DNA of 64,000 nucleotides from Kudoa neothunni. Taxonomy: Eukaryota > Animalia > Cnidaria. The stretch spans positions 9,637,730-9,701,729 of the forward strand of contig OZ199839.1 in the NCBI GenBank assembly GCA_964304625.1, written 5' to 3'. Below are positions 52,303 through 64,000 of the stretch, one piece after another (the first letter of the stretch is position 1; each line of letters opens with the position of its first letter). A program made the position numbers and the translations under genes. The notes under the pieces were generated by a model. It was given only the letters and a program-made list of their open reading frames with translations. It made no database searches and was not told the origin of the DNA.

Positions 52303-52607
52303 ATTATAGTTACTAATTAGTTTAGTAGATGATATTCAGTAGTGAGAAACCATGTTATTTTTTGATTTATTAATATTATTTTGGTACAATACGTTATCGA
52401 TTTTTTGGAAACTCCTTGCAACCAGGGAAAAGTTGCTGAATATGCATCATTTATCGATTTTACGCACGTCTTCGATTTGCGTGAAAAGAATTTAAAATTT
52501 ATTGTATTGAAATATTACAGTATTTCAATTCCGAAATGCGATCATCCTCAGCATAAAAAATATCTTCAAGTCAGCTATCTCCAATTTTTCTGTAGTTAAA
52601 TGACATC

Positions 52608-54302
52608 ATCTATATATATTAACCCTCAATATGTAACCTTGGGCTCGACGAGCCTGTCGGGATTAATTTCTATCCTTTATTGGGTTAATTTTAAACTATA
52701 TTTGTCTGGTTTAGCACGTTATTGCGTGATAAAAAATGTGATATACAATCAATAATTTATTTTGAAGGACACTCAAACAAACAATTTTTTTATTGAATGC
52801 TCGTTACATATATTGTTGTTACAGACATCGCATATTTGTTTGTCACTCATTATACATGTAGGACACAAATTACATCGTTTCTGATCATTTATATTGTTAT
52901 TTTCAGTAAATGTCGAATAATTCTCGTTGAATTTAAACAAAACTGGTTCAAGGGGACGCATTAGGGCAGGTTGACATCAATTTTTTTGGTCTTCGGCTCT
53001 TCATTTTGGTGGCTTAAAATAAAAAATCTCGAATTCATTGAAAATTCAAAACGATGTGTAATATAAAATACTAACAATTTACATAAAAAAAATTTAAAAA
53101 AAAACATTTTTTGGATGACTTATACTTATGCTCAATTTATGACTCAGAGGGGCTCGTGGAGCTCAAGTTCACCTATTAAGGGTTAAGTCCCTTGTCTGTC
53201 AGTGTGCTCCCGTAAGTGGACATGTACGACTTAAATTTTTTAAAAATCACCACGCTTCAAAAAATCTTTTAATTGTTTTCACACCACCAAATGTTCCCAA
53301 AGGTGTTTCTAAAATAGTGATTTTGTCGATTTAAAGTTTGTTTGTGGGATTACATGAGTTCAACTACAGGGTTAGAGTGTGCTGATGCCATGGTGATGGT
53401 CGGTTGAAATTAATTTTCTCCCTTATATTCTCTATCATATGTTAATTGAACGATGTCACCTGTCTTTGCATATAAGATTGACGCGTTCATTTTATTGTTT
53501 GCGCAAATAAATTCCTTATGTCGGGAGTTTAATGTATTTACTTGATAAATACATTTTGAAAACTCTATTAATGGGTTTAGATATGAGAAAATGTCAATAT
53601 TCGCATTATTACTGAGTTGGTTATGCGTGTTATAATTAGATAGATTGAAGCACTATAACGCAAGTATTGTGTCCATAGATTTCATTGAAATCGTCCGTTA
53701 TGTTGAACTTTCAGTGATTTAATTTAATGCAGATGCTTATATGCTTATTTCATCTTATTATTTTAATTATTTATGTTGACGTAGGCGCGATTTGTGGTTG
53801 TTTGTTGAAAAAAGTGCATCAAAGTTTATGCGGACCAAAGGTTATTAATTTGAGTAATATCAATTAGTTTCCGTACGTTTTCTTCGATCTCAATTATTTT
53901 TTCTCTTTTTTTATCCCTTAAGAAGTTAGTAGTGCTCACATTTTCCAATCTGAGCCAGAATTCGACTTTAAAAATTCACCAGCCGAAAAATAACGCATCA
54001 GATTGCATTTGAAGAGAATTCAAATAATTAGGAAACGAAAATAAATGTGATTCTGAACTTAAATTATTTAGCGTTGGTGCCATGGGACAAGAAATTGTTC
54101 ATTAAAAGCCGGGATTGATACACTCCTGCATACAACTGATCATTACTTAAATTTCGAAATCAAAATCGACAACGTATGATGCTTAAAAAAATTTAGTTTG
54201 ACTGCTTCTATGAATCAATTTGAAACAATATTTTTTTGAATGTTATTAAAAAACGTCTCTATGCGAAATCTTCTCCAAGCAACGCTGGGCAGTTCGCACT
54301 AT
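52608..54302 (-). mobile_element. Mirror copy of the probable Helitron-like element
   Basis: Reverse complement of 28585-30278. Confidence 0.45.
52623..53182 (-). mobile_element. Mirror copy of the CRD-only piggyBac derivative
   Basis: TTAA at 52619-52622 and 53183-53186. ORF 52773-52961 translates identically to 29925-30113. Confidence 0.88.
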
Positions 54303-54740
54303 TTTTTGTAAAAATATACATTTTTATATTTTCCGAATCTTACATAGTTTATTATTTTATATCATGTCACATATTGACTTAAAAAAGCTCTAAATAAAAT
54401 TAAAACTTTGCACCAGAAATTAATTTGCTTGGTCATATAACATTATCATTCTTTGTTTTTATAATTATTAAATAGAAAATAGGATTTGTTTAAATGATTC
54501 CAATTTTTGGTGATCTATACATTGGGCATCCGATTTTACACACTGTGGACCCTACGTAACATTTTTGTGTCTTTCACGTTGTTTATATTTTTAAACGCAT
54601 TTCTTTAGTAAGTTTTAAAACAAATTTTATTTTTTAAATTAAGTTAATCTACTTGAAAGTACGTAGAGTCCTTAGTGATGTAATTAGTGAGAGTGCCTCA
54701 TTGCGTTCCAACTGTACACGCATAAGATTTATATTGTTAA

Positions 54741-56636
54741 CCTTCCGGATGGAGTACGCGCAAAAATTACTACGCGAGTCCACACATGGGGTCTAAAAGA
54801 TCCCACGAAGAAAATGATGAAAATAATACGTTTTATTCAATAAAATAATTATCGTTTAACAAAACAATCATCGCTTATAGTTTTATAATGTTTTTTGCAA
54901 ATATTTCCCCAACAAACATTGCATTTTGATTGCGTTTTACGATCATTTTGCCTAACACATAAATGACATCGTCTTCTATCTGTAGCGGTAGGTATTTTGT
55001 CACATTCTTTTATTTTTGCCTCATCTACATTAATATTATTAATACATAAATTAATTTGTACTTTTGCGATTCATTTGTTACTCTAGCAATTGTAATGCTA
55101 ACGATTTTAAGAATTCTTTTCTCCGAATATTTTGCTTCGTATTTAAACAATAAATTACATATGAATTGATTGAAACTACATTTAGGAGCGCATGAAATAT
55201 TACTGCTGGTCATCTTCTGGTAGTTCGATAGGTAGAATAATTGGCGCACATTTGGTCGATTGTGTCCCCACCTCCCTTGATGGAATTATAAAATGAAATC
55301 ATTTCTGGGGATGATTTGAATCTATTATTGGTTTATGGTGAAAAAAACTCAATAATATGACAAGTTTGTTTTTTTTCGAAGTGTATGACAGCAATGTAAA
55401 ATCGTTGGTAAAATCGAACATGGATGAATATAGCTCTTTTGTCTTCGAAAATAGAAATTCCGAAGGAATCTCCTTTTTACTTTTTCTAATAGTACCACAT
55501 GCAGTGATACCACGTTTCAATAATTCTTCGAAGAGAGGAACTGAGGTAAACCATTTATCTACCGTAATGTTTCTACCAGAACCTAAAATCGGTTCTACCA
55601 ATCGCAGTACTAAACATTAGGTGAGTTGTCAATTTTATGAATGCCAATATTTTGAGCACCTAAGAATACCTCAATATTTAAGGTATAAAATGTTTTAGCA
55701 TCAGCCGTATTAACGATGTTTATGCCATATTTTGCAGGTTTTAGAGGCATGTATTGATTAAAAATACAGTTGCCTCTGAACCCCCAAAGCATTTCGTCAA
55801 TTGTTAAATATTCGGTTGGAGTATAATATTTTAAGAAATTAGATTTTATGCGGCTAATAACATCTCTAATTTTAAATGATCTATCATTAGAGGGCTCTAA
55901 TGATATTGACAAATCGTTCGTAAAACGTATACAACGTTTCAATAACTTAAATCTATTTTGGCCGAATACTTTGTTGCAAATGGGAAATCCAAAGATATCA
56001 TCTGCCCAGAGTTCATTCATATTAGTTAAATTAGCTTTTTTTACGCCAAGAAAATAATGTAAACCTATAAACGTTTTTAATTCACATAAATTAAATTCAA
56101 CGCAATCTCTTTTTCGTTTGAAATTAGTTTGTATTTTTTTAGTTGGTCATTTGTAAAATGTAGGATGTCTTACAGTATTTCGTCTATAATAAATAAGCTC
56201 CATATCTCAGACTCCGTATTAACATTATCAGGAAGATTGATTTGATGTTTTTCTTGAATAATATGTTTTCTTTTTTTGCCGAACAAACCGACTGGATTAG
56301 GCGACCATTCATAATTCTTCCCATGTAATGTTTCCTTATTAATTATTAATGTTTGAACAGTCATCAATCAATTCATCATCGCTAATGTCTTTTGACATAT
56401 CAGAATCAGATATATCACTGTTTTCTGATAGTATGTTATCCAAATAGGGGTCAAAGCTATGTCTCCGAATCCGACGAAAACGTATCACTGCTATCACAAT
56501 GTAAAAAATTTTCAAAATTCATATCTGATATATCTATAATTTTTGTAAAAAAAATATGCGAATGAAATTAATTATGAGTCACTAGCTTAAACCAAAAACT
56601 TATTACAGCGATATTAAAACCACGTGCTACGGAAGG
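54741..56636 (-). mobile_element. Mirror copy of the inactive piggyBac
   Basis: TTAA at 54737-54740 and 56637-56640. Transposase fragments show several substitutions relative to the arm-1 copy. Confidence 0.92.
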
Positions 56637-56656
56637 TTAAACAAAAACTGATATTA

Positions 56657-58772
56657 TAGGGTTTTTCTATCTAGTACGATATTTTTGCAACCTAACTCGA
56701 CCTCTTTGCAAACAAACTCAATACAAAATAGACCACCAAAAAACACATCAATAAATTTTTCAAAAAAATCGTTAATGATTCTACATATTGTTTATTCTAA
56801 AATTATCTTCCCCCGAGACGATCTGGAAAGATATCCTAACATTTTGCGAAAGAAATTATCGCAGTGGGAAGGAGTGATTTGTTGAAAACATTCTGATATT
56901 GCCATCTTCAATTCGTTTTCATTTTTTCTCTGCCTTCTAAACACCAAATTTTCCCAGACGGAAAATGCATTTACAATCGGATTCAAAAAAGGTGATTATG
57001 AGGGAAAAAATTTAATGTTTAGATTTTCTTCCAAAATCACAGTTCCAAGGTCTTTGTAGTGATGTATTCTAGTATTACTCGTAGCGAATAACAGGTCTCC
57101 TATCATCTTTTCCCTGCAAACGTTCTTCAATTCGACGAGACGATGTTTGAAATCGTCACCAGTGACAGCTTCGTCGTGAATCTTGTGGTAAATCATGGAA
57201 TTTTTATTAATGGCAGCAACCACAGAAATGTTTCTGCTCGGGACGACTCTGACGAAGGCATAAGCAGATGTGCCTTTTAAGAACTACCTCACTTTGGTCT
57301 CGTAACAACTGAAAATCCAACTTCATATAAAAAGATTATGTTCTCATGTCGTACCGACACTTCCAAATTTCGAAAAATGTCGGAGTATTCTTTCCTTTTT
57401 TCCAAGGTCGATTCACAATTTCCCCTTTCAGACACGGTCACTAAAGTTGTGAATGTGTAGTGAAATTCACCAATCACTCGATCTTTGATACTAATAGACA
57501 CATTTAAATTTAATTCATCCAAAACCTTTTGCTTGAGCTCCTTTAGCTTTATCATGGAGTTTTCGTCTATCCATGAAATAATTTTTTCTCTCTGTCTAAT
57601 AACAAAATAGAACGTTTGTCACCTCCTCTGGGTTTCAGTTCTATGACTCCTGTCTTTTAGAACTTCGAAATTATTGTGGTCATGGTAGACCTTGGTAACT
57701 TAATTTGGGAGGCAATTGTAGTAGTGCTCATTTCCAAAAGAATAAACCCATGTATTTGCCCCTTTTTACTCGTGAAAATCTTAGTTATTGGTTCTGTTCC
57801 TGCGTTGATATTTGAACAAGAGAAATTTCATGTTCACAGGAATCTGAATCTGATAAGCTCTCAATATTACCATGGTGACGATCCATAACTAATATTATTT
57901 AAAGTAGATAACGTGGCAAGTTTGTTAAATAATGTGGTAATTGTAATCTTGATACAACATTATAATCAGAAACTCGGATTTTTATTGAAAAATAAATGAT
58001 AATTTTTTAAAGGAAAATAACTAATCCAATCCTTCATGTTTGAGAAATACCCAATGATGGTCCATCCTTTTTATGTTTATGTTATGTTTTATCATTAAAT
58101 TCATGCATTTAATCAAAATTGTAAATGTTATGCTTTATATAATAAAATAAGTAACATTCTGAATTTTACTAATTGTTTGCTTCATCGTTTATTTTTTGGG
58201 AAGTAGCAAATATTACATCAAAGATGAAATTTCTTATCCATAACATTTTTTAAATAATTAATATTAAAAATTAATGAGTTAATTCGATTATATCCATATA
58301 TTGTTATAAAATATACGAGGTTATAATAAACCAAATAATTGTGTTAAATTTATCCTAAGGTGTCGATTTAAACAATTATTGTTCCGTGCAGAATAAAAAC
58401 TTTGTTAAATTAAGTTACAATATTTACTCTTGGATTTATTTGTTTCATTCTATTAAGAAAACAATGTAATGCTGTCATATTGGTGTGTTCACCACGAAAA
58501 ATTTAATAAATATCATGACCACTACATTTCCTTTAATTTTTTTATCTTAAAAACATATTTTATGTTTATTTAAAAATTTAACACTTATTCAAGATATAAT
58601 TTTAATTTTAAAACACAGAAGGCGTCATTCTTTGCTACACACGTATTTTTGTCTATTAGTTTTATGGATCAAAAATTTGAGACAATTTCTTAATCTAAAT
58701 AATTATGTGCTATGAAATAATTAGGATTGATTTTTTGACACTAAAATTATCGAGTTAGATCGATAAACCCTA
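56657..58772 (-). mobile_element. Mirror copy of the Tc1/IS630 element
   Basis: Reverse complement of 24102-26216, including TIRs. Confidence 0.88.
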
Positions 58773-59062
58773 TAATTATTATGATTTATAACTTATATCT
58801 TATAATAATATCAATGGTTTTTGGAAGGTGATCATATTTATCCGATATAAATAGTTACTTTTTCATATGATATTATGTAATGAATGACTTTTTTGAGATT
58901 CTATAAGAAAAAAATACCCGTGGAATGAACTATTATATGTTATGCGTATTTTATATATTAGACAGAAAAATACAGGTTTGATAAAAGCTTTTTCATCTGA
59001 TAGAGGCGTTCCTGGAACTGCAAAATATCAATCCTTACTTTCAAACTAACACGATAAATAGT

Positions 59063-59118
59063 GGAAGTGAGGTCTCTTATGGACCCCACTTCCGAAAGGA
59101 AGGGATACAGAGAGTTAA
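59063..59118 (-). mobile_element. Mirror copy of the orphan piggyBac-like terminus
   Basis: Reverse complement of 23756-23811. Confidence 0.45.
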
Positions 59119-59352
59119 AGGAGACAAATACCTGCAAACAATAAAATACTTATATTTCCTTACCTTTTATCGAAAGAAAAATCTTTATTTCTCCAATTTT
59201 TTAAATTACGGAGATAAATTTACCTATTGACATCATAAAATAACTCTAAAATGAACTAATAACACAACATTGATGAATCGAAAACTAATATATTTCCCTA
59301 ATTAATATCATCTAATCATAATCTATTCTGTTAATTAGTATGTAATTATAAT

Positions 59353-62300
59353 TCATAAGTCGTAAGTAGCATCCGTGGATAATTTTTTATAGATGCCGAA
59401 GCATATCACTACCAATAATGTTAGTATTATTGTGGTTAACGAATACAGTCTAAAAATAGTAGATACATACGCCGTCATATTTATATATTACATATATCTA
59501 TTAACGTATCTAAAAAAAATATTACAAATAAATTCTGTATTTCTTTTACTTTTTTTTCACTTTTTCCAACTATATACTTATCTTTACCTGTACTATCTAT
59601 CCAGTTATAAGATTTAAGGTGTAGTAATTAAAATGAAATACTAAATTAGAATAAGCATAAACATGTATATTATAATGGAATAGAATACCCCTTTTGAGCC
59701 ATTCTTATGACTTTTCCAACAATGTCATCCACCTCAATATTTGTATATTCACTTCTGATCTGTTGTTCTTCAATTCATAACTAGTTTTAGTTTATTATTA
59801 TAATTAAGTTACTAAAAGATTATTAATTTACAAAAATTAATTCATTTCAATTACCCACTCATCCTGGAAACTTTAGTGTCTTTATAAATCAATAAGTATT
59901 ATTATTAATTCATACACTTTTTATTTGAATGTAAAAAAATAATTTACACTGAATTTCATGTTTTTTATAGGTTGTAACATCCTTCACTTTTACCATTAGC
60001 ACGTAGTCTTTTTCCTTTGAAAGACCGTTAATTTTGATCACACATTGATTAGCTGAGCAATCCTCGTCATCGTTACACCACGTAGCTAGTGATGTTGTCT
60101 GTTCGTTTAACGTTTTCTCGTGTAACAATAAGGGGCATTTTGAATCATTTTTTTGTCCATCGATTTGAATAGAAATTGTTAGGTCGCTCTTCTCTTTAGA
60201 TGTATATGTAATCGTTAAATTACTTTTCACTAAAATATGTTTTATTAAATCCTAATAAACTTATAACAGCTTCAATATCGTAGGTTTTTTCTCTCTTGCC
60301 ATCAGATGGTACCAAAAAAACTGTATAGTTTTGTTCTAGCGCTAGGTTAACAAGTTCGAAATTGGTGGAACAACTGCCCTCACAGACTCCCATATCTTTG
60401 CACACTGCCATGTATTTCGGATGTGGATCTCCCTCTTTTTTAAGGTAGACCCTATAGATTGGAAGAGAATCATCATCATGGAATGGGGTGATTGTAGCGG
60501 TATTGGGTGATATGACAGCTAGAGTATTGCTCTCAGTCAATTCACTCCCTCCTGCTATTTAATTTTAGATATAAAATAAATATTATATAGTTACAGGTTC
60601 TAAATATCATCTTCTTAATATAAGTTCCAGTAATTCCAAGATTCTTAATTTCCACTGATAACAAATAATTTGTACCGGCTTCTAATTCAGCAATCGTGTA
60701 TGACGCTTGACAGTTAGTAGAGCATTTATTGTTATTAGGACTACAAGTAGCTATCTCTTCGTTTGAGATATAATTAGCCTTAGATATTTTAATAGTGCAT
60801 TCTGGAGCTGTATCTGCATGCTTAATGCTTTCAAAGATATTAAGCCGAGTGAGTGTTATTTCTGACGCAGTAACTGCAGATAAATTAACGCCGGTATCAC
60901 CCACTAAAATATATAAATTTCTAATATTAATTATTTTATTACTTTTATGGTATTGTTTGTATTCTGCTACGTCAAATCTTCGCTTTATAATTACACCAAC
61001 TTTTTGATATTCCTCCGCTAAATTGATAAATCCATCTTGACATAGTTGATAGCAACCATCTTGTATATCCCCACACGCGTTTAGAGCAGTATCTACTTTA
61101 TCTGAGCCATCTGAATTTACTTTAAATACCTTGATGTGACACATTTCATCATTGTAAGGGCCAGGAGAAAAGTTCAATTGAAGTTGGTTTCTTTTATTCG
61201 CGATACTTGAAACTGAATATATAACATGGGATTTTATTGGAATGCTACAGTTGAGGAAAGTAGTATTGGTATAATATATTATTCCAGGCCATATTAATGT
61301 TGAAGTTATTTTGTAATAACTCATGAATTTGTCGATCGAGAAAGCAACGGACTTCGTTTCGACGTTGTTAGAATAATCTGATTTATTCAACGAATTTTTT
61401 TGTGGAACACTTGATGAATCACTTTTCAAGTCAGTACTCACTTCCCATTCAGTTTTGGAGTTCGACTTATACGATAAACTAACCTTATTTCCAGTATGTC
61501 TAATTCTATATGTGTTTTCCAGTCGATAATCTGTGTAAAAATGTATAAATAAAATAATAATTTCCATATTTTTTAAAATATAATGTATGAAAAATACCCA
61601 TTTTAATTGGGAAAACCGACCTATTTTTCCACGATTTTGCATCATCATCATTTGAACCATAACAAACTGATATATATCGGTCAATTTTTGAATTTAAATA
61701 ATCAATCTCAACGGGACCAGACGTCTGACAATTAACAATGCAGTAATCTCTATTTGTGATAGTAAAGCAAACTGGTTTATTGAATATAGGTGTTTCACCA
61801 AAACTTGATAATTTTATCACGCATTTGCTGCTTTCGGGGAAATTTGTAAGTAAAACGGAGAATTTCTCAATATCTTCACCATTTGCGGTAACAAATTTTT
61901 GCTGAAGTTTACCATGCCTGGAAAAAGCTAAAAATATATATTAACTAACGTATGACGAAATTTGTGATACCTGGAATAGGGAGTTTAACGGGTGATGACT
62001 TTCTATCCGCGTATATCATTAGTCTGTAATTGTACTTATTACTATACGAATTTGCATCGAATTGGATATCATTGCAGTTTTTAAGACCATCTACAGTACA
62101 TTCAACGCATGATTTTTGTATATTTGTTGGTGAAACTACATTAAATAAATAATATAACGCGAGATAAAGAATTACATTCATCTGTTTCATGTTTATATAA
62201 CTGATAATAACACTTAGTACTAGCGGCATCCTGAATATCAGATTTAGGAGTTATTATAAGATTATTCTTTGTAGTCTCTCCAGAAATTCCAAAATCAATT

Positions 62301-62656
62301 TTATTGCCATCTATTATAAATGTGTTAAATTTAGATAAATTATATCACTTGTTTGCTTGTTCAGCACTTCTAAAACATTATAATTTCCACTGGGTACAAT
62401 TTTAATATCGTAGCTAACGCCAGAGTAAAGTCCAATAAGGTTAACCGGTGTGTTGCAAGTGTTTACACACAATACATCGTTGGTACATATAGCTGGATAA
62501 TAAACATTCTTTGAATCATTATTTTTTACGTAGATAGTGCAGGTGGCTGAGGACGCGGATGTGCTAGGAGTGAAAGAAAATCCATCTGCAGTCGGTGTAA
62601 CCCCTACTTCTCCAGTTGAAAGTGTTGATGATTGAGCTGTATAAAGTTTATTACAA

Positions 62657-62691
<35 letters not shown>

Positions 62692-64000
62692 TAATGAATA
62701 CTTGTTTTGTGATAAAAAAATTTTCTTGGAGAATAACCTGGTATATTTGTTATTTTTATCATAATATCATTATGTAAATGAGTTGGATTCGGTGCTATAT
62801 CCATCTCAGCGAAAACACAGGATGAAGGGTTAGTAACAGCTTTCCTTTCATCTTCATTTACCAATGGAGCATACACATTCCAATAGGTCAACGAACATGA
62901 CACAACTGGTGTGCCGCTAACTTCTCCACCATCTGCATTTTTATTATTAGCGCTAATATCAATTTTTATGTTGTTGCCTGATGTTATCACAGTTACATCA
63001 TTTCCATGCTTCACTAAATAATAGAATTATGATTTTGTATAAGATTAATATATTACATATGTAGATATTGTTTTGGTAGCCAACAGTAGGTAGCATTCCC
63101 AGCTTTAAGACACGAATTTTGACTGCTTTTACGCTGTCTGAGATATTTTCAAAAGTCACATTATTACACATACTGTATAAACAGTTTCCTTTATTTTCAC
63201 AAGTATTAGAAAAAAAATTATTTGAAGAAGACGCGGTTGCGTCTAACAATTCAAACGTACAAATCTCAGATGGGCTTTTATTTACCAATTTTATTGTAAG
63301 CTTTTTATTTTCAACATTGGATAATTCGTAATAAAATCTACTAAAAACTGGTGCATTGTTCTTAACAAATTCGTTGTCGTAAAAATAATGGAAGTCGAAA
63401 TGTTGTGGGCAGCTGATATAATAATCTTTAACTAATTCATCGAATTGAATTGAGTAGCTGCCAAAATCAGAACATGAATCAACCTCATTTTGTGGTATTC
63501 TGTTCTGTTCTAGATTGTCTTTGTATACTTTGCAATTTAACGAACACTTATTAGATCCCAATTTTATGTTATCTTTATAAAGTGATGCGATGTAAGTTAT
63601 TTCCTCATAATCATCTTTAAAGAATTATATCTATATATCAACTATGAATTACCTATGAAGTACGAATAAACTTTTCCATTTCTGAATTGGACCGTTTGTT
63701 TGGTTGCTCCTGCTGGCTCTGGTGGTTTTTCAACAACGCTTTCGGTTACCTCTTCCCCTTCTGTAGGTTTATGAGGTTCGGATGATGAAGGAACATCGAT
63801 TTCCTTAGAATCTTCGTAAGTATAAGAAATATAATTAAGCTTATGATAATTATAAAGGCTAATGACGGACTCTTCATTTAGTGTGCTGCATTGTTTTTGA
63901 AATACGGAGTTGCTTTCTCCGACATCTTCATAACCTAATAAATCATTTTTGGACCTTTTTATTGTACATTGTTTCTTATTTGCCTCTGAAGGGATATCTT
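59353..64000 (-). CDS. Copy D (most divergent paralog); 5' part lies beyond the window
   Basis: Exon 7 to the end is homologous to A/B/C, with open frames where checked. The terminal exons are nearly identical to A (tail KKLSTDATYDL*). Confidence 0.8.
62661..62688. repeat. (TA)n microsatellite in an intron of D
   Basis: Direct observation. Confidence 0.9.

Larger units (their letters stand above)
44149..60230. repeat. Right arm of the ~16-kb inverted segmental duplication
   Basis: Reverse complement of 22650-38661, with patchy divergence and small indels. Confidence 0.97.

Noticed and set aside
1-64000. Prokaryotic systems (CRISPR arrays, operons, rRNA) or telomeric repeats
   Set aside because: No repeat-spacer arrays, rRNA-like sequence or telomeric tracts were seen, and the genes contain spliceosomal introns.

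Overview
AT-rich eukaryotic DNA with very short GT-AG introns (mostly about 24-45 nt) and animal-type transposons (piggyBac, Tc1/IS630, pogo, a tRNA-derived SINE, a probable Helitron). This fits a compact-genome animal parasite such as a myxozoan or dicyemid/orthonectid, which is inference only. The left 15 kb holds an intronless cytosolic-MDH-family dehydrogenase that lacks the malate-specifying Arg, an RCC1-repeat gene, a small 5-exon gene ending in CGCF, and transposon debris. From about 14.9 kb to the window end is a four-copy locus of an unrecognised gene family, arranged A(+) TE-cluster B(-) spacer C(+) TE-cluster D(-). Each copy encodes a roughly 1,900-aa Cys-rich protein with FN3-like modules, a signal peptide, one C-terminal TM helix and a Y-D/E-L tail; copy A has 21 predicted exons and its first 17 introns are all phase 1. 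Positions ~22.65-38.66 kb and ~44.15-60.23 kb are the arms of a ~16-kb inverted repeat around a ~5.5-kb spacer, which itself contains a concentric ~200-bp inverted repeat. The paralogs are segmental mosaics of one another and share one hypervariable insert. The best candidate for a new system is a palindrome-encoded, gene-conversion-diversified variant surface protein locus. Mis-assembly of haplotypes is the main alternative and needs long reads to exclude. Exon models and identities were read by eye.
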